This document shows, piece by piece, positions 31,514 through 42,986 of a DNA stretch of 64,000 bases. Each line of letters begins with the position of its first letter. Position 1 is the stretch's first letter. Both the position numbers and the translations under genes were made by a program. This DNA is from Schizochytrium sp. TIO01 (Eukaryota; Protista; Bigyra: Labyrinthulomycetes): NCBI GenBank assembly GCA_004764695.1, contig SMSO01000014.1:5590845-5654844 (forward strand), read 5' to 3'. Below the pieces are notes generated by a model. It saw only the letters and a program-made list of their open reading frames with translations. It did no database searches and was not told where the DNA came from.

Positions 31514-34500
31514 CTACTAGAACAACGACAGCAACAGCAAAAGATAAGACCACAAAGACAGCTACGAGACAAGGTCGGTGTGGTGAAGAGGATGAGTTTT
31601 CCTCTGATGCTACTTCGACGGCCTTGAAACAGCCTGGGAGCGAGGAGTGCGCTGCTGCGCGAGGGCTTGGAATTGCAAGTTGCAGGAAGCCTAATGAACA
31701 GATAGATAGCCCTAAGGGCATGGGCGTAACGGGTCTTATGAGTCAGCAGCTAAAATAGGAGTTCTTATAAGAAAGAGAAAGCAGGATTACAGAGACCGTC
31801 AGAAATCTTCAGAACTTCCAGAGGGTCGTTGGAAATGATTGCATAGAACTTGGAGATAAATTTAATCATGGTGGTGACACTGCCCAGTGGTACTGGTGAT
31901 GGTGACGTGAAGAGTTGTTTGGGGAAGATGACATTTTAGATGAATAAACTCCAAGATGGGGGATCTAGAACACGAACTGCCGAATGAGATGAAGTAAAGC
32001 AAACCTGGGCTTGAGCTGATACTGTTCAGGTTGGAAGAATTGCAACAGAGCGCTTGAATGGGAGGACCTCAGGCTGCGAGTTTAGGAATGGCTTAGGTTG
32101 AGATACTCTCATTGTAAGTCTCATGGAGCTTGGCTTTAGCCCTGCCAGCGCCGTGCAATCTAAGCGTGCTGAGAAAGTAATCGGTGCGACGCTCTTGAAG
32201 TAGCGGCCCTGGTTTACCATCATTGCTGCCGCTGCTGCTGCTGCACTAGTCTCAATTTTTTGCAGTTGCATCCTGATTACCAGTGCTATAAGATGGTACT
32301 AGGAGGTTTTTTGTAAGAATGACCGAGTAGAGAGCGGAGTTTCAATACTGAGTTCTGGAGGAGATGTAGATCATTTTTATCGGCTCTGGTAGTGGCGCGG
32401 AAATAGATTGAATGAAGAGTATAGATCGGGGTGAACATGACAGACATAGTAAGCCGATGATTCTTGAAGGCAGCTTTCGTTTTAGTAAAATGGGAATGCA
32501 TATATTTATAGTATGCAAAAACCTACCTATGTATTTGTGGATAAAGTAATAAAAACATTTTTAAATGAATTTAAAAAAAAAAACAAAAAACACTAGTATA
32601 CTTTATGATACAGAGTTGTCGCGAGTTCTCTCTCGCTTCAACAATTGACGACCCTAGTAATTAGCAGCCGGTAATCTTGAAAAGATAGTCAAATAATTTA
32701 AAGCTAAATGAGCGTTGTTTTCGTGTTTGGTGAGTGTCGTGTATAGACATTTTCATCTGAGCCGCAAAGCCATGGTATCGCTTTCTGATTTTACTGAAGT
32801 GTTCATCAACAGAACTCGCATTTGAGTTTAAACGGAAGAGCCTATTCAGAGTTAACGCTGATCGATTCTACGTAGTCATATTAAGGAATATTTCAGGTTT
32901 CCCTACGTATGGCTTCCTCGTTTTCTTGGAATGTCTGTCTTGTTTCTTCAGAAAATTGTCGGCCGAGTCTTGAAAGAGGGCAATCACTTTTCAAAATAAG
33001 CTCGTTTAGCTTCATCGCGGTATTTTCCAAGCACCTTTATCAAAGGAGTATTCTATCCGAGATTTCAGTAATTCGCAATATCTAAGGGAAGCATGATCTA
33101 TTTCTTCAACACATCTGTCTTAAAAGCATAGTCCTTATCTTACTTTATGGACGCAGCATGGAAATTACTAAGGTCTCATTAACTCACGCGTTTTGGTTTG
33201 GATACGGTCATACGAGATTTTGTATTATAGGGTCTTTTGAGGTAATACGGTCTTTCAATATCGATGATTGCTTGAAGGATAGCAGTTCTGTAAGTTACGT
33301 TGCAGAGGTGTCAGCGCACACGCTATAAGCATGCACTGCTCTTCTAGGAGTCTATTTGGTAGCATCAGGACGGCCTAGTAGGCTTGGCCAGGAACACGGC
33401 CTTCCTTAAAATGCCAAGATCTATTCAAATAGATAAAATGTAGATCCTACTTGCATCTTTTGTTTAATTCTTGTGCTCCTCCTTTTCCCTTTTCTTTGTT
33501 TTTGCCATGTTGCTGATAGAGCAGCTCCTAGTTGACGCAGAGAATTTGACATAGACGCGGGTCTCTTCCACAGGTACATATCTGCTTCAAGTTTTAAAAT
33601 CAAGGGAGAGTCCAGAATGTGGAAATTTCTTCAAATCATTTGGAATTGAGGCTAATATATAAGTGTATAGTGCAACTATGAACAAGAGGAGTGCATATGA
33701 TTTACTAAGATTGAGAATCATGTTTGTTTGCAAAGATCGATTACCTGATGATGAACTCCTTTCAGATTGATGACATACTCGTTTTTGTTCTTTTGCTTTG
33801 CTTCTATGTTTTTCTGATCAACTACTTGAAAACAATCCTATATGAACAGCCTCCTCGCAGCCAAAGGTAGTATTGAAATCGTTTTCTAAAACTCAAAGTC
33901 CCATTGGTGAGGTAAATGAATTAGCCCATTTCAGGCACATTTCAGGCGCTCTTAAATCGGGGTTCCCAATTCCCAATTACTGCACACCTTTTCCCAATTA
34001 AATTAACGATGACTTTGGGACAGTAATCCTTAAAATCCCCATACATTTTTCAGTTTCCATCGATCCTCTTCAAATCATCGTCGCTATCAACGTAATCCAC
34101 GGCCTTGCGTCATGCCATCTTCACGTTCAACCTTCGCAAGCCCGGTTTATCACGAGTCCAAATCATTCCTTAGTTTCCCTTTCCAAGTATCAAGCACCAA
34201 GCCTAGTCTACCTACCACCTAGGACCTACATACCTAGTAGTTTATACCTAGCTACCCAATATTTTTTTCCCTCCGTTAAACAGACCTATTCCACATATAG
34301 GCCTCTTCGCCTCTAACCACGCCAGCTGCTGCTGTGCCACGCCGCTCCTCGGCTTTACCTCCCAGGGCAGCCAGCCAGCGGCCCTCTCCCGCACCCCAAC
34401 GCCTCCTTGGCCCCGCCCAGTGCCTCCTGTTCGCAGCCTGCAGCCCTCCCTGGCGCCCTTCTTGCAGGCTTCGAGCTCCCAGGCACGGCTCTGGCGCACT

Positions 34501-34885
34501 GTGCGCGGGCGGGCGTGGCGGATAGTCTATTGTAAGCATCGTTTTACACAGTAGGATTTGGGGGGATTGTGTATAGTATGTGGAGGGACGTACAGTAGGC
34601 TATAGCAGCGGAAAGGGCAGTTTGGGCGGAAGAACGTGAAAAGAAAGAAGAAGTGAGATATCATTGAGGGCAAAAGAATCAGAGAAAATCAAATCTTGAA
34701 ATCAAGTCGATTCGCTCGACGACGCGGCGGCGCGAGCGGCGAGCGGCGTGAACGACGGGGACAGAGATCCTCTCTTGCCGTCCCTCACGCAGGTTTCCTC
34801 TGTGGAAGCGGCGTCGGCGCCCGGAAGAGAAATCAAATCGTCTAAACTAGTCTAATAAATAGGGACATCGGCGGCGACGAGCACC

Positions 34886-37800
34886 ATGACTGCAGAGCGG
34901 AAGTCCGCTCGCAAGCGCACGGCGACGACGTGGTTCGTTGCTGGACCTTCAAAGCGATTATCTGCAGATGGCGATGATGACGAGGACGAAGAACAGCTCA
35001 TTGGGAACACAGGGCGCGGAATTGAGGACGAAAACGAGCTTGAGGACGAAAACGAGGACGATGATGAGGATGACGACGATGATGAGGATGACGAGGACGA
35101 TGATGAGGATGCTGCCCCTGCTCGTAAGAGGGCTAAGGACTCTTCCAAGTCAACTTCCGCCTCAAAGGGCAAGAAATCAAAGTCCGGGTCTAAGAAATCC
35201 TCCAAGATTAAGAAGCGCAGCAAGAAACACGCTCGCGTAGAGCATGGTGAAATTTTAGCGGCACTTGAGGATGAGGATGCTTCTGTTGTCCAGCTTGTGA
35301 GAGATGTTATTGATGATGAGGATGAAGAAGGTCTCACACCAGAGAAACTGAGCAGGAAACTTGTGGGCTTTCTGTTGGAGTGCAGCGGAGTGCCTAAAGA
35401 AGCAGCCACGAATGCCTTGGATAGTGAAAATCATCATGAGAACGACGTGTTGGAGGTGAATGCCGAGGAGATCAATGAACTTGCGGAAGAAATCTCTACT
35501 GACGCTGATGCATTTTTTGACAAGTACCCTCTTCAGGCATGGAAACGCTTTGACGATCGTTTCGAGCAGTTCTGGAAGGTCTTTATGGAAGAGAGTGACA
35601 CTCGTCTTGTTCTTGTTGATAAGAAGGACCCTTTCTTTGAAGTACTCCCAGGTCTTGTGCGATCTATTGCGGCTATGGCATCGGGACCTATGCTCTCTTT
35701 CAGACATACTGCAATGGAGGCCTGCGCGCACATCTCTCGTGGGCTCCTGTCGCTTGCAAACACAGAACTGGCCAAGCTCTCCATGAGCTTGAAACAGCTC
35801 TCAAGTAAAGCTAGCAAGGGCCCGGTGGAAAAGGCTACTAAGGATGCACAAAAGGCCCTCTTTAGCTTTTTGAAACCTGTCAACAGCAAGAAACCTGACC
35901 TCGCTCCTGTTCAGAATGCGCTTGGGAAGGTTGTCCAGTCCACCAGCAGTGGATCAGGCCGTGCACCGAAAGCGCTTGTGGACCTTGCCAAGAGCTGCCA
36001 GCAAATGACATCGTGCGTGCAACACCTGTTAAACATGGCCAGTAAACTTTTCTACAGATTAACCGCAGACCGCAGACAAGATATCCACGAGGAGGTTCGT
36101 CTTAGTACGCTCGCGGCCATTGAGGCATACCTTGAGTACATGCCATCCTACTTCCTCTGGATCAGTCGTCCTTACATGGCTGATTTGTTGCATGACCCGA
36201 GCCCCAAGGTTCGAGAGCTTTCGTGCATGGTAGTTGCCCATGCCATGGCTTCTACGGGCCCTGTTTTAAGCATGGAAATCGACAACAAAACGCAATCAGA
36301 TATTCTAAAGAATATTCTTGCTGTGAAAACCGATTGGGCTGAGCGCATCATCGATGACTTTACTAACGAACTTATCTCTGATGTAAACTCTGCTGTCATT
36401 GAAGCAGCAATTCGTGCAGTAAGCTCCATGCTTGACATGAATCGTAAAGCCGTTCAGATCTCCCACGAGCATGCTGTTGAACGCTGCCTCTGCTATGCAG
36501 ATACTGCAAAAGAGAACTTGGAGAACGTACGTCGTGCGGCTGCCGAATTCACGCTCAAAAGCCGACCAGAGCTTTCGGATCAGACTTCTGCCTCGCGCTC
36601 AGGTGCCTCCAGCATTGCACAAGCCAGATTGCAACTTGCCTCGATGCTCGAACTTCTTGCTAACTTAGCTGGTTCTCGGTTATCAAGCCAAGATGATGCC
36701 GATGATAATGCTAGGGGTGATGACGAGGAAGACGAAGAGGATGATGAGGATGATGAAGAGATGCAGGAGGAGTTTCTTGACATCACCGACAGTACCAGCT
36801 ATGGTGGCACCTCAACGGGTGAGGTAACCAAGACTCCAAAGGTTCTACCTTTCGAAATTCTCGCCAAGGTCGTTGAGGCCTTTTGGAATATACCCTCATG
36901 TACATTCCTGAGGAACTGGGAAGCTCTGTGCAATATGCTGCAAAGCTATGGTGAGAACAATGTTTCTGGCAATCTGGGACAAATGCGTGCACAGACTTTA
37001 GCGGGCATTCTCCGCGCTGCCTCGGACTGCATTTCTGCTGATCCTAGCTCACCTTTGGGCACTGGAGCAGGCCGAAGCAAAATATCTAGTCGCCGGCGCA
37101 ATATGGCCGCCAAGCGTGCAGCCGAAGATCAGGAATCCGCTCTGCATGAAGCTGTGGAGCGTTCTCTAACTGATCTTATTATCACTTTCCGTACTGAGAA
37201 TGCTGTGTTGCAGAATCTTATTCCGCTTTGCGCCAAACTTGACCTGTCACGTTTTACTCGTGATGTGCAACGTGAGAGCTTGAGTAAGCTTGTTAAAACC
37301 CTTGCGCACATCTTTCTCAAACACACTGATGTCGTTCTTTTGTATGAAACAGGGCGCGTGCTCGTGGAGTCATTCGCCGCAAGCGAGGAAAATCCCATTA
37401 GCCATGAGGTAGCCACTGTCTTAGCCGACACGAACCAGGATATGTTGACAAGTATCCGAAACGCTGCTAGAGAAATTGAGACAAGTACAAGTGCTGATAT
37501 GGAAGAGTCGATTACAACACTTGGCAATGGATTGCGTCGTCTTAGTATGCTTCTGCGTATTGACCCTGATCGTAAACCACTTCAGCTGCCCACACATCAT
37601 TCTGTTTGTGATGCTTTGCGCGCACTCAACCACACTCGCTCTGGCATTTTGGCAGATGGCCTTGTTCTGCTGGAGCTTGACCTTGTATCTGCATTCCGCC
37701 AAGCCTCTGCAGCCTCGCTTAAAACAGGGGGAAGTGGGGGTAATGATGATGATGACGAGATGATCAATGAAGATAACGATGATGATGAGACTAGGGATGC

Positions 37801-39148
37801 AAAGGCAAAAGAGGTGGAAGAACTGTGCAAGGATGTGGTACAGCGTCGAGATGCCCTAGCTCACTTTATGGAGCATTTGCTGAATAATTCTCTCACCCCA
37901 CGCAAGCTTCAGGAAGCCGTCTTGGCGACATGTATGGATATCCGTGTCTTATGTTCACGACGTCTTGCGGGCACAATTCTTCACAGCATAGCCTGGCGCC
38001 CGTCAAAAGCTCTTGTGACTGCGACTGATAGCGCTACGAAATTATTGCTCGAACGTACCATCGACGGTCCTGGAAGGCATGTGACGAGGCACATGCAGCG
38101 CCTTGTTCTCGGGCCAGCAGTTCGAAGTGCTTTGTACTCTGGAAGTGCACTATCTGGTTACCTGGTTGCGCAAGCAGGCAAAGGTAAACAAGAAGTGGAC
38201 GATGCAGCCAACTTTCTTCAAGACACAGCACGCAAGTCTGACTTGGAATCTCTTGTAGCGTTGCAGCACGAGGCTTTGCGTATTAAGTTCTTGACCTTGT
38301 TGAAGGCTAAAACAGAGGGTGACGATGAAGAGGAACTTGGTGTAATGCACAAAGATCTTTTGACTTATGCAACAACTATGGCCAAAGAAATTTCTGCAAG
38401 ACCAAGAAACTGTCCGGAGCGCTTTGCGGCACCTTTGCTGACTGCTTTGGAAGAGGATTTTTACTTTGCGCTCGGCAAAGAAGACAACGAGAGCCTCTAT
38501 CGCACTGGATTTCTTGAATTTGTTGAGCCCTTTGTGAGACTCTTCAAGCCACAACATCAAATTAACGATGCGCGCAAGCTTTGGACCGAACAAGTTGAAC
38601 TAGCAACAAAAGAAAGTACGACCATGCCTATCATTCTCACTGACGAGGACTTTGAGAGTTTGGACATGAGCTTTGTTGAATTGGGTCGTGAAGCATTTCA
38701 CAAATTGGAAAAGGCACTCGGTGTTGCAACCCATACGAAGAAGAAACAACAAGCTAACAATGACAGCGATGACGAGGAGTCCGAGGAGGATCAAGATGAA
38801 GATGATGAGGGTGACGAGGAAGAGGAATCCGCAGAGAAGCCGAGGCATTCTACATCATCTAAGCGCTCTCGCTCCAAGTCACATGACGGAAACTCCTCCG
38901 CATCAAGTAAGCGTCGCAAACAGGCCTCGGAAGACGAGGATGACGGTGATGATGACGATGACGATTCAAGTGCTAAGGAAATTAACAAGAACCTCTTCGC
39001 CCCGAGTGAGTCTGATGCAGGTCAAACTGCTGCAGGAGATGAGCTCTTCGAAGAAGGCGAGCAAGGGAGCGACGGGGAGGAGGCAACAGGCTCAGCCCAT
39101 GTGCAAGGTGTCCGCCCTCGCCGCCGTGGAGGGCGCGTCACAGAGTGA
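34886..39148 (+). CDS. STAG: Cohesin subunit SCC3/SA (STAG family), divergent
   Basis: STAG domain SFRHTA; stromalin conserved domain RRQDIHEEVR...YMPSYFL...LHDPSPKVR; HEAT-like helices, IFLKHTD; acidic/basic disordered termini. Confidence 0.85.
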   Translation: MTAERKSARKRTATTWFVAGPSKRLSADGDDDEDEEQLIGNTGRGIEDENELEDENEDDDEDDDDDEDDEDDDEDAAPARKRAKDSSKSTSASKGKKSKSGSKKSSKIKKRSKKHARVEHGEILAALEDEDASVVQLVRDVIDDEDEEGLTPEKLSRKLVGFLLECSGVPKEAATNALDSENHHENDVLEVNAEEINELAEEISTDADAFFDKYPLQAWKRFDDRFEQFWKVFMEESDTRLVLVDKKDPFFEVLPGLVRSIAAMASGPMLSFRHTAMEACAHISRGLLSLANTELAKLSMSLKQLSSKASKGPVEKATKDAQKALFSFLKPVNSKKPDLAPVQNALGKVVQSTSSGSGRAPKALVDLAKSCQQMTSCVQHLLNMASKLFYRLTADRRQDIHEEVRLSTLAAIEAYLEYMPSYFLWISRPYMADLLHDPSPKVRELSCMVVAHAMASTGPVLSMEIDNKTQSDILKNILAVKTDWAERIIDDFTNELISDVNSAVIEAAIRAVSSMLDMNRKAVQISHEHAVERCLCYADTAKENLENVRRAAAEFTLKSRPELSDQTSASRSGASSIAQARLQLASMLELLANLAGSRLSSQDDADDNARGDDEEDEEDDEDDEEMQEEFLDITDSTSYGGTSTGEVTKTPKVLPFEILAKVVEAFWNIPSCTFLRNWEALCNMLQSYGENNVSGNLGQMRAQTLAGILRAASDCISADPSSPLGTGAGRSKISSRRRNMAAKRAAEDQESALHEAVERSLTDLIITFRTENAVLQNLIPLCAKLDLSRFTRDVQRESLSKLVKTLAHIFLKHTDVVLLYETGRVLVESFAASEENPISHEVATVLADTNQDMLTSIRNAAREIETSTSADMEESITTLGNGLRRLSMLLRIDPDRKPLQLPTHHSVCDALRALNHTRSGILADGLVLLELDLVSAFRQASAASLKTGGSGGNDDDDEMINEDNDDDETRDAKAKEVEELCKDVVQRRDALAHFMEHLLNNSLTPRKLQEAVLATCMDIRVLCSRRLAGTILHSIAWRPSKALVTATDSATKLLLERTIDGPGRHVTRHMQRLVLGPAVRSALYSGSALSGYLVAQAGKGKQEVDDAANFLQDTARKSDLESLVALQHEALRIKFLTLLKAKTEGDDEEELGVMHKDLLTYATTMAKEISARPRNCPERFAAPLLTALEEDFYFALGKEDNESLYRTGFLEFVEPFVRLFKPQHQINDARKLWTEQVELATKESTTMPIILTDEDFESLDMSFVELGREAFHKLEKALGVATHTKKKQQANNDSDDEESEEDQDEDDEGDEEEESAEKPRHSTSSKRSRSKSHDGNSSASSKRRKQASEDEDDGDDDDDDSSAKEINKNLFAPSESDAGQTAAGDELFEEGEQGSDGEEATGSAHVQGVRPRRRGGRVTE

Positions 39149-40617
39149 TTTATGAAACAATAGTTCATCTCGCCTAATGTTTTGCGTCAGCTTTTTCCTG
39201 AGAATTGATTTGAATGAAATGTTATCGCGTGCTATTACTAGCTCATAACGCTTTCATCGTGTAAGAATCTCGGATCTATCCTATATATTCATCCATCATA
39301 ATGTTGACATCTTTTTTGTTGCGTCTTATATCCCTTTCTAAAGTATATTCATTGTAGGTAATTTCCATCAAAAGGTCATGCCTTTGTGCATGCATACATT
39401 ACGAGTCCTGGTTGCTCAGGAGCTTTCTTGAAACAGCCATGCTAAAGTTCTAGGATGTTTTGAGCCTTCATGTAAACATTGAACAATCGATTTCAAGGTG
39501 TTTAACAATATGGAACCGGGTTGCAGTAACACAATGGAGCGTATTATTCTGTTCGCGAGGAGCAGCTTGATACTATCACGGGGAAAGAACGAAGTACAAG
39601 GAATTGCGTTATGGTTGGACCAACCCTGGATATCCAGCGATTGGTTGCATATCTACTTGAGAAAACAAAGAAAGAAAAGAAGAAAATATTCATTCAATAT
39701 CTGGCAAAGGAGTATCATCATTTGTGCGAAAATTTGCCAAACTAAGGCGATTAATGTCTTGCTTTATACAGTATGGCACAGGGCCAAAGGAAGAGTTCAA
39801 TACATAAGATCCCACTAATCGCGTGCACATGATGTTCATACCTACTCTTAAAGATGACTTGAACAACACTTTCAAATCGAACTTCAAGACGCCTGCCCCA
39901 AAATATTGGAACCGAATTTAGGTTTAGCATTGTCTTTATCAATTCCACTTCAACCGCAAATTCAACCTTTGTCGTCAGCGTTCACAGTAAAAGTAGATAG
40001 GAAAAGCAATCGTAGTAATGTTTGCCAACATGACCAGGATCTTTAACCTCCAGTATTGAAGAGTATCCATTTTAAAGACGCTCCAAACAATTGGTCGTCA
40101 GAGCTTACCGGGAAAGAGACCAAAGATCTGTTGCATCGAAAGTAGTGACAACACTTTGGACACAACAGACTTCAAGATATCAAACATACATCTATATTAA
40201 ATATATTGTGCTGGTTTTTCTCTGCAAATATTCATTCCTCATTGTTCCTTCATGAGTTTTCTCCTTGGGGGAATTCAAGCTCTACTATGTGCTCCATGTT
40301 TTACCTCGTAGGCTTCGTGACATTCTTTTGAGGTTAGTAAAATCAAATTTATGTTTATCCAAATTGAAGAAGCATCAAAATTCCAAACAATCCTTTTCTC
40401 AGACTCCCTTGAAAAGGTTACTTAGACGGAGGTAGAGAGAGAGAAAAAAAAAAAGAAATAAAAAAAGAGAGACTCAACGGCTAAAAAACTAAGAAAAGGG
40501 ACTCATCGTATCGTTTTTGGCATAAAGTTTTATATGGTGTTGTCAGCTACAAGAAAAGCAGGCAACCATGCACGCGGAGACAGTGTCAGAAAGCTTTGAG
40601 GTAACTTCCTTCGTGGT

Positions 40618-41850
40618 ATGAACAAGAAAAAGGCTTCGCAACTCGCGTGGAGTGGAAGACCATGTGACGCTTGTGACCTACGCCGAAGATCAACAACTTT
40701 ATGCGTTTATCGAGTTCCTGGAGGACGCGAGTCGCGTGGTTATAACCTATGTGAAGATTGCAGGACTAAACCAAAGGCTCGAGCCCGGACTAAGCCTCTC
40801 ATAATTGCGGAGAACGCGCTGTATTGCAATCCATCAGCTATTACATCATCTCCTACAAAGGAAGAAAAGCCCTTCGCATTAACGACCATTTGTGGACGAA
40901 TGTTAACGCTAGGCATATTAAATCGCGTGCCAGCCATGTCGGCATCTCACTTAGGACCAAGGTTAGATATGCTCGCACGTGACCAGGTTCTAGATCAGGT
41001 GTTGGAGTGCGTCAATAGCAAATCAGTTGCTTTTCGCTCATTTCTACGTCAAGGTGGCTGGGGCCCACCTCCGGAATGGGATATCCCTGATATAAGCGAG
41101 GGTATCAACCCAAGCGACAACATCCACATGATAAAAGAAGGGGTAGTAGAGCAGCCATTAATTCAAGAAGAAAAACATAAAGGATCTGGATCAAATCGAT
41201 CTCTAGGATCTTCAACTTCGCAGCAAGAGCAGAAACGATATCTGCGTCTTGTGAATTGTAAACTTTCTCGTAATGAGCTCGAGATCCTAGGTTATTTCTG
41301 TGAAACCGGCACTGTGGACATGCTCAACGTATCCTGGAACCGGTTATCCGGTGCTGCAGCTGAAGAGATTGCAAATATACTTCGTTACGACGCCTGTGTG
41401 CGCTTAAAGGCTTCATGGAATGCTTTTGGGGTTCGCGGAGCACGAGCGATTGGTGCTCAGCTTCCTGCGAGCAAGACCTTGGAAGTGGTGGACCTTAGTG
41501 CAAACCAGCTTGGAGCAGAGGGTGTTGCGCTACTGTGTGATGGATTGAAGGATAATATCTCAGTAAAGTCATTAAACGTTGGTTTCAACGAAATGCGAGT
41601 AGCCGGTGCGCAAGCTGTTTCAAGGATGCTCAAAGTTAACCGCACGCTTGAGATTATTAATATCCGATCAAATGCAATCGGGCCAGCAGGGGCCATTGCG
41701 ATTGCAGATGCCTTGCGTGTGAATCGTGGGATCAAAGAACTGATTGTGGTAGACAATAATATTGGCCCCGAAGGTGCAGAAGCTATTGCGGGGTATTTTC
41801 AGGGTTCCATTTCAAAATTGTTGCAAGGCATTCGTGGAGCAAAGTCATAA
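40618..41850 (+). CDS. RI-like (NLRC3-type) leucine-rich repeat protein with N-terminal Cys cluster
   Basis: 28-residue LRRs (LEVVDLSANQLGAEG, SLNVGFNEM, INIRSNAIGPAG, NNIGPEG); CDAC...YNLCEDC at the N-terminus; intronless. Confidence 0.85.
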   Translation: MNKKKASQLAWSGRPCDACDLRRRSTTLCVYRVPGGRESRGYNLCEDCRTKPKARARTKPLIIAENALYCNPSAITSSPTKEEKPFALTTICGRMLTLGILNRVPAMSASHLGPRLDMLARDQVLDQVLECVNSKSVAFRSFLRQGGWGPPPEWDIPDISEGINPSDNIHMIKEGVVEQPLIQEEKHKGSGSNRSLGSSTSQQEQKRYLRLVNCKLSRNELEILGYFCETGTVDMLNVSWNRLSGAAAEEIANILRYDACVRLKASWNAFGVRGARAIGAQLPASKTLEVVDLSANQLGAEGVALLCDGLKDNISVKSLNVGFNEMRVAGAQAVSRMLKVNRTLEIINIRSNAIGPAGAIAIADALRVNRGIKELIVVDNNIGPEGAEAIAGYFQGSISKLLQGIRGAKS

Positions 41851-42986
41851 TCTCTTCATCAAATCTACTGTATACGGGTGACCTTCTTCTCAGATTCTAT
41901 ACGAACGAACTACTCAGACCCCAAAACATGGAATAACGTACGACTCAATCGGAGTTTTAATTGATATATTAGATTCAGTTTAAAATATTATGCTCTGCCT
42001 CATCACTTTGGAGCTGATACACTGTTGCTGCTGTGAAGGGTATTTTACTGAAAGAAATCAGGGAACCAGACGATGATAGAATGTTCCTTATCCAACTCTG
42101 TATTAATTATGCAGATTTTAAGAATGATGCCAAGATGAACATATTTAGAACATATCTTCTTTTTCTTTTCTTTTTTTGAAGGAAAAAAAACAGCATTTTC
42201 TTAATTTGTAAGGTACATTTATTTGTTGATATTTTATAATGCAAAGGAAGGGAGGCTATTACAACTTTGTCTGCATTCAGATATCTTCAATGCAAATATG
42301 ATATGGTTTAGGAAAGTAAGGAACACATCTGCGTTCTTTACATAATAAAATAAAATAAATACGATATGGGGACTGTGAGGTTTTTGATTACAGAAAATAT
42401 CAATTTCAGATAGTTTGTTGTGCATATAGTAAAATGAGAAGAACATGATCAATGTATACCTGAAAGCGAGGTGGAACAACTGACACATACTACAAGAGTA
42501 TAATAAAAAAACAAGCTTTGTTTGCAGTTTCGTGACTGTAATAGTCCTAATATTGGAGGAGACAGCATAGAAGCCAAGAGGCCAGGCAAAACACGCCTCC
42601 ATGGTCTATATCCACAGGTTGACATTTGGAATCGTGGCAAGGACTTGAGATGGGTTCTGGGTTACCAACCAGATCAAGCAGGACGCATTATTTGTTGTAG
42701 TGGAGTCAAACGACACGGTGTCCTCTACTTGGTAATGATGACTCCCGACATTCTTTGTTCCTAATATTCTTGTCAATATCTGCCTGTAACTATTGCTTAG
42801 TAACATAAGCTACGTGTGCTCATTGTGCAGATGTGCAAACACGAAGGCATGCGAGGAGACAGGAACGCGAAAACTCTTGACATAGGTCGGAGTGATGGTG
42901 TATAGGTTCTGATGATGCTGTCGTTGCTGCACTTCAGTTACTGCCTCAGTTCACCAGTTGTTTCACGGCAATGGAGGATTCACTTT

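Noticed and set aside
39300-40400. Short ORFs between STAG and the LRR gene
   Set aside because: No motifs or consistent frame; cannot be supported even as a pseudogene.
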